Positions 31,728 to 32,000 of a stretch of 32,000 bases of DNA are shown here, piece after piece. The notes under the pieces were generated by a model that saw only the letters and a program-made list of their open reading frames with translations, did not search any database and was not told where the DNA came from. Source of the stretch: Corynebacterium glutamicum ATCC 13032. Its GTDB lineage: Bacteria; Actinomycetota; Actinomycetes; Mycobacteriales; Mycobacteriaceae. The position numbers and the translations under genes were made by a program. Position 1 is the stretch's first letter; each line of letters begins with the position of its first letter. The stretch spans positions 2,010,001 through 2,042,000 of the forward strand of contig NC_003450.3 in NCBI RefSeq assembly GCF_000011325.1. The letters are read 5' to 3'.

Positions 31728-32000
31728 ATGGTCAGCCAAACGGAAAGACAGCATGCAATTGCTTCTTTACTGGCACCAACTGGTGCGGTGTCTGTAGGAG
31801 ATTTAGCCGAGCATTTCCATGTGACAACCGAAACAGTGCGACGTGATCTTCGGATCATGGAGTCACTGGGTTTGTTGCAACGAGTTCACGGTGGCGCCAT
31901 TAGCCCAGAGCCCATGGGTACGTCTCCCCCTCGGCTGAAACCTGCCTTGGGTAAAGGAATGCCACCGGAACCCCGTGTTTTAGAACTTGCAGAAACTGCA
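31728..32000 (+). CDS. fruR: DeoR-family regulator, N-terminal 91 codons (continues past the window end)
   Basis: Hand translation from ATG 31728 gives MVSQTERQHAIASLLAPTGAVSVGDLAEHFHVTTETVRRDLRIMESLGLLQRVHGGAISPEP, a DeoR HTH. GCGAGG lies 6 nt upstream. It is not in the ORF track because no stop falls in the window. Being divergent from ptsI, it fits fruR of the fructose-PTS cluster. Confidence 0.78.
   Translation, partial: MVSQTERQHAIASLLAPTGAVSVGDLAEHFHVTTETVRRDLRIMESLGLLQRVHGGAISPEPMGTSPPRLKPALGKGMPPEPRVLELAETA

Noticed and set aside
31655-31858. Minus-strand ORF of 67 aa at the right edge
   Set aside because: It overlaps the fruR DeoR HTH coding sequence read on the + strand, which has an SD and clear family motifs.
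1-32000. Search for mobile elements, a defence island, tRNA/rRNA genes or a horizontally acquired block
   Set aside because: I found no integrase, transposase, cas, toxin-antitoxin-like pairs or tRNA-like cloverleaf candidates. Gene order matches conserved actinobacterial core synteny. AT-rich stretches coincide with promoter-bearing intergenic regions only.

Overview
The window reads as a conserved actinobacterial core-chromosome segment, not an accessory island. I recognised the proteins by eye and from memory; no search was run. On that basis it is colinear with the Corynebacterium glutamicum region suhB-ppgK-sigA ... sigB-dtxR-galE ... oxyR ... hrpA-nrdR-divS/lexA-sugR-(pfkB-like)-ptsI-fruR. 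It also shares the Mycobacterium tuberculosis suhB-ppgK-sigA...sigB-ideR...nrdR-lexA synteny. I call 26 protein genes plus one speculative 34-codon ORF. Two genes are cut by the window edges and are therefore missing from the ORF track: suhB at the left and fruR at the right. Several track ORFs were trimmed to better-supported starts. I found no rRNA, tRNA, transposase, integrase, cas genes or CRISPR array. The most unusual item is the roughly 800-bp non-coding gap after sigA (3360-4158). About 400 bp of it is built from 14-15-bp phased repeats with a GAYTTC/AATTTC core, arranged in four blocks of alternating orientation. A Shine-Dalgarno-preceded 34-codon ORF and a perfect bidirectional terminator follow. 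I cannot assign this structure to any element class I know. Other points worth a second look:
- a swarm of LexA half-sites (TCGAAC/GTTCGA) around divS-lexA, almost none with canonical spacing
- a PfkB-family protein translationally coupled to SugR whose kinase signature motifs look degenerate
- a GTGA-coupled SF2 helicase/DUF3039 pair divergent from a DUF3099-methyltransferase-Dtd operon
- a PAC2 (proteasome-chaperone-like) gene in a lineage that I recall lacks a 20S proteasome
- GGAA-N18/19-GTT (SigH/SigE-type) promoter motifs upstream of both sigA and sigB
- several leaderless-type start contexts
All functional interpretations beyond motif-level reading are inference and need database or experimental confirmation.
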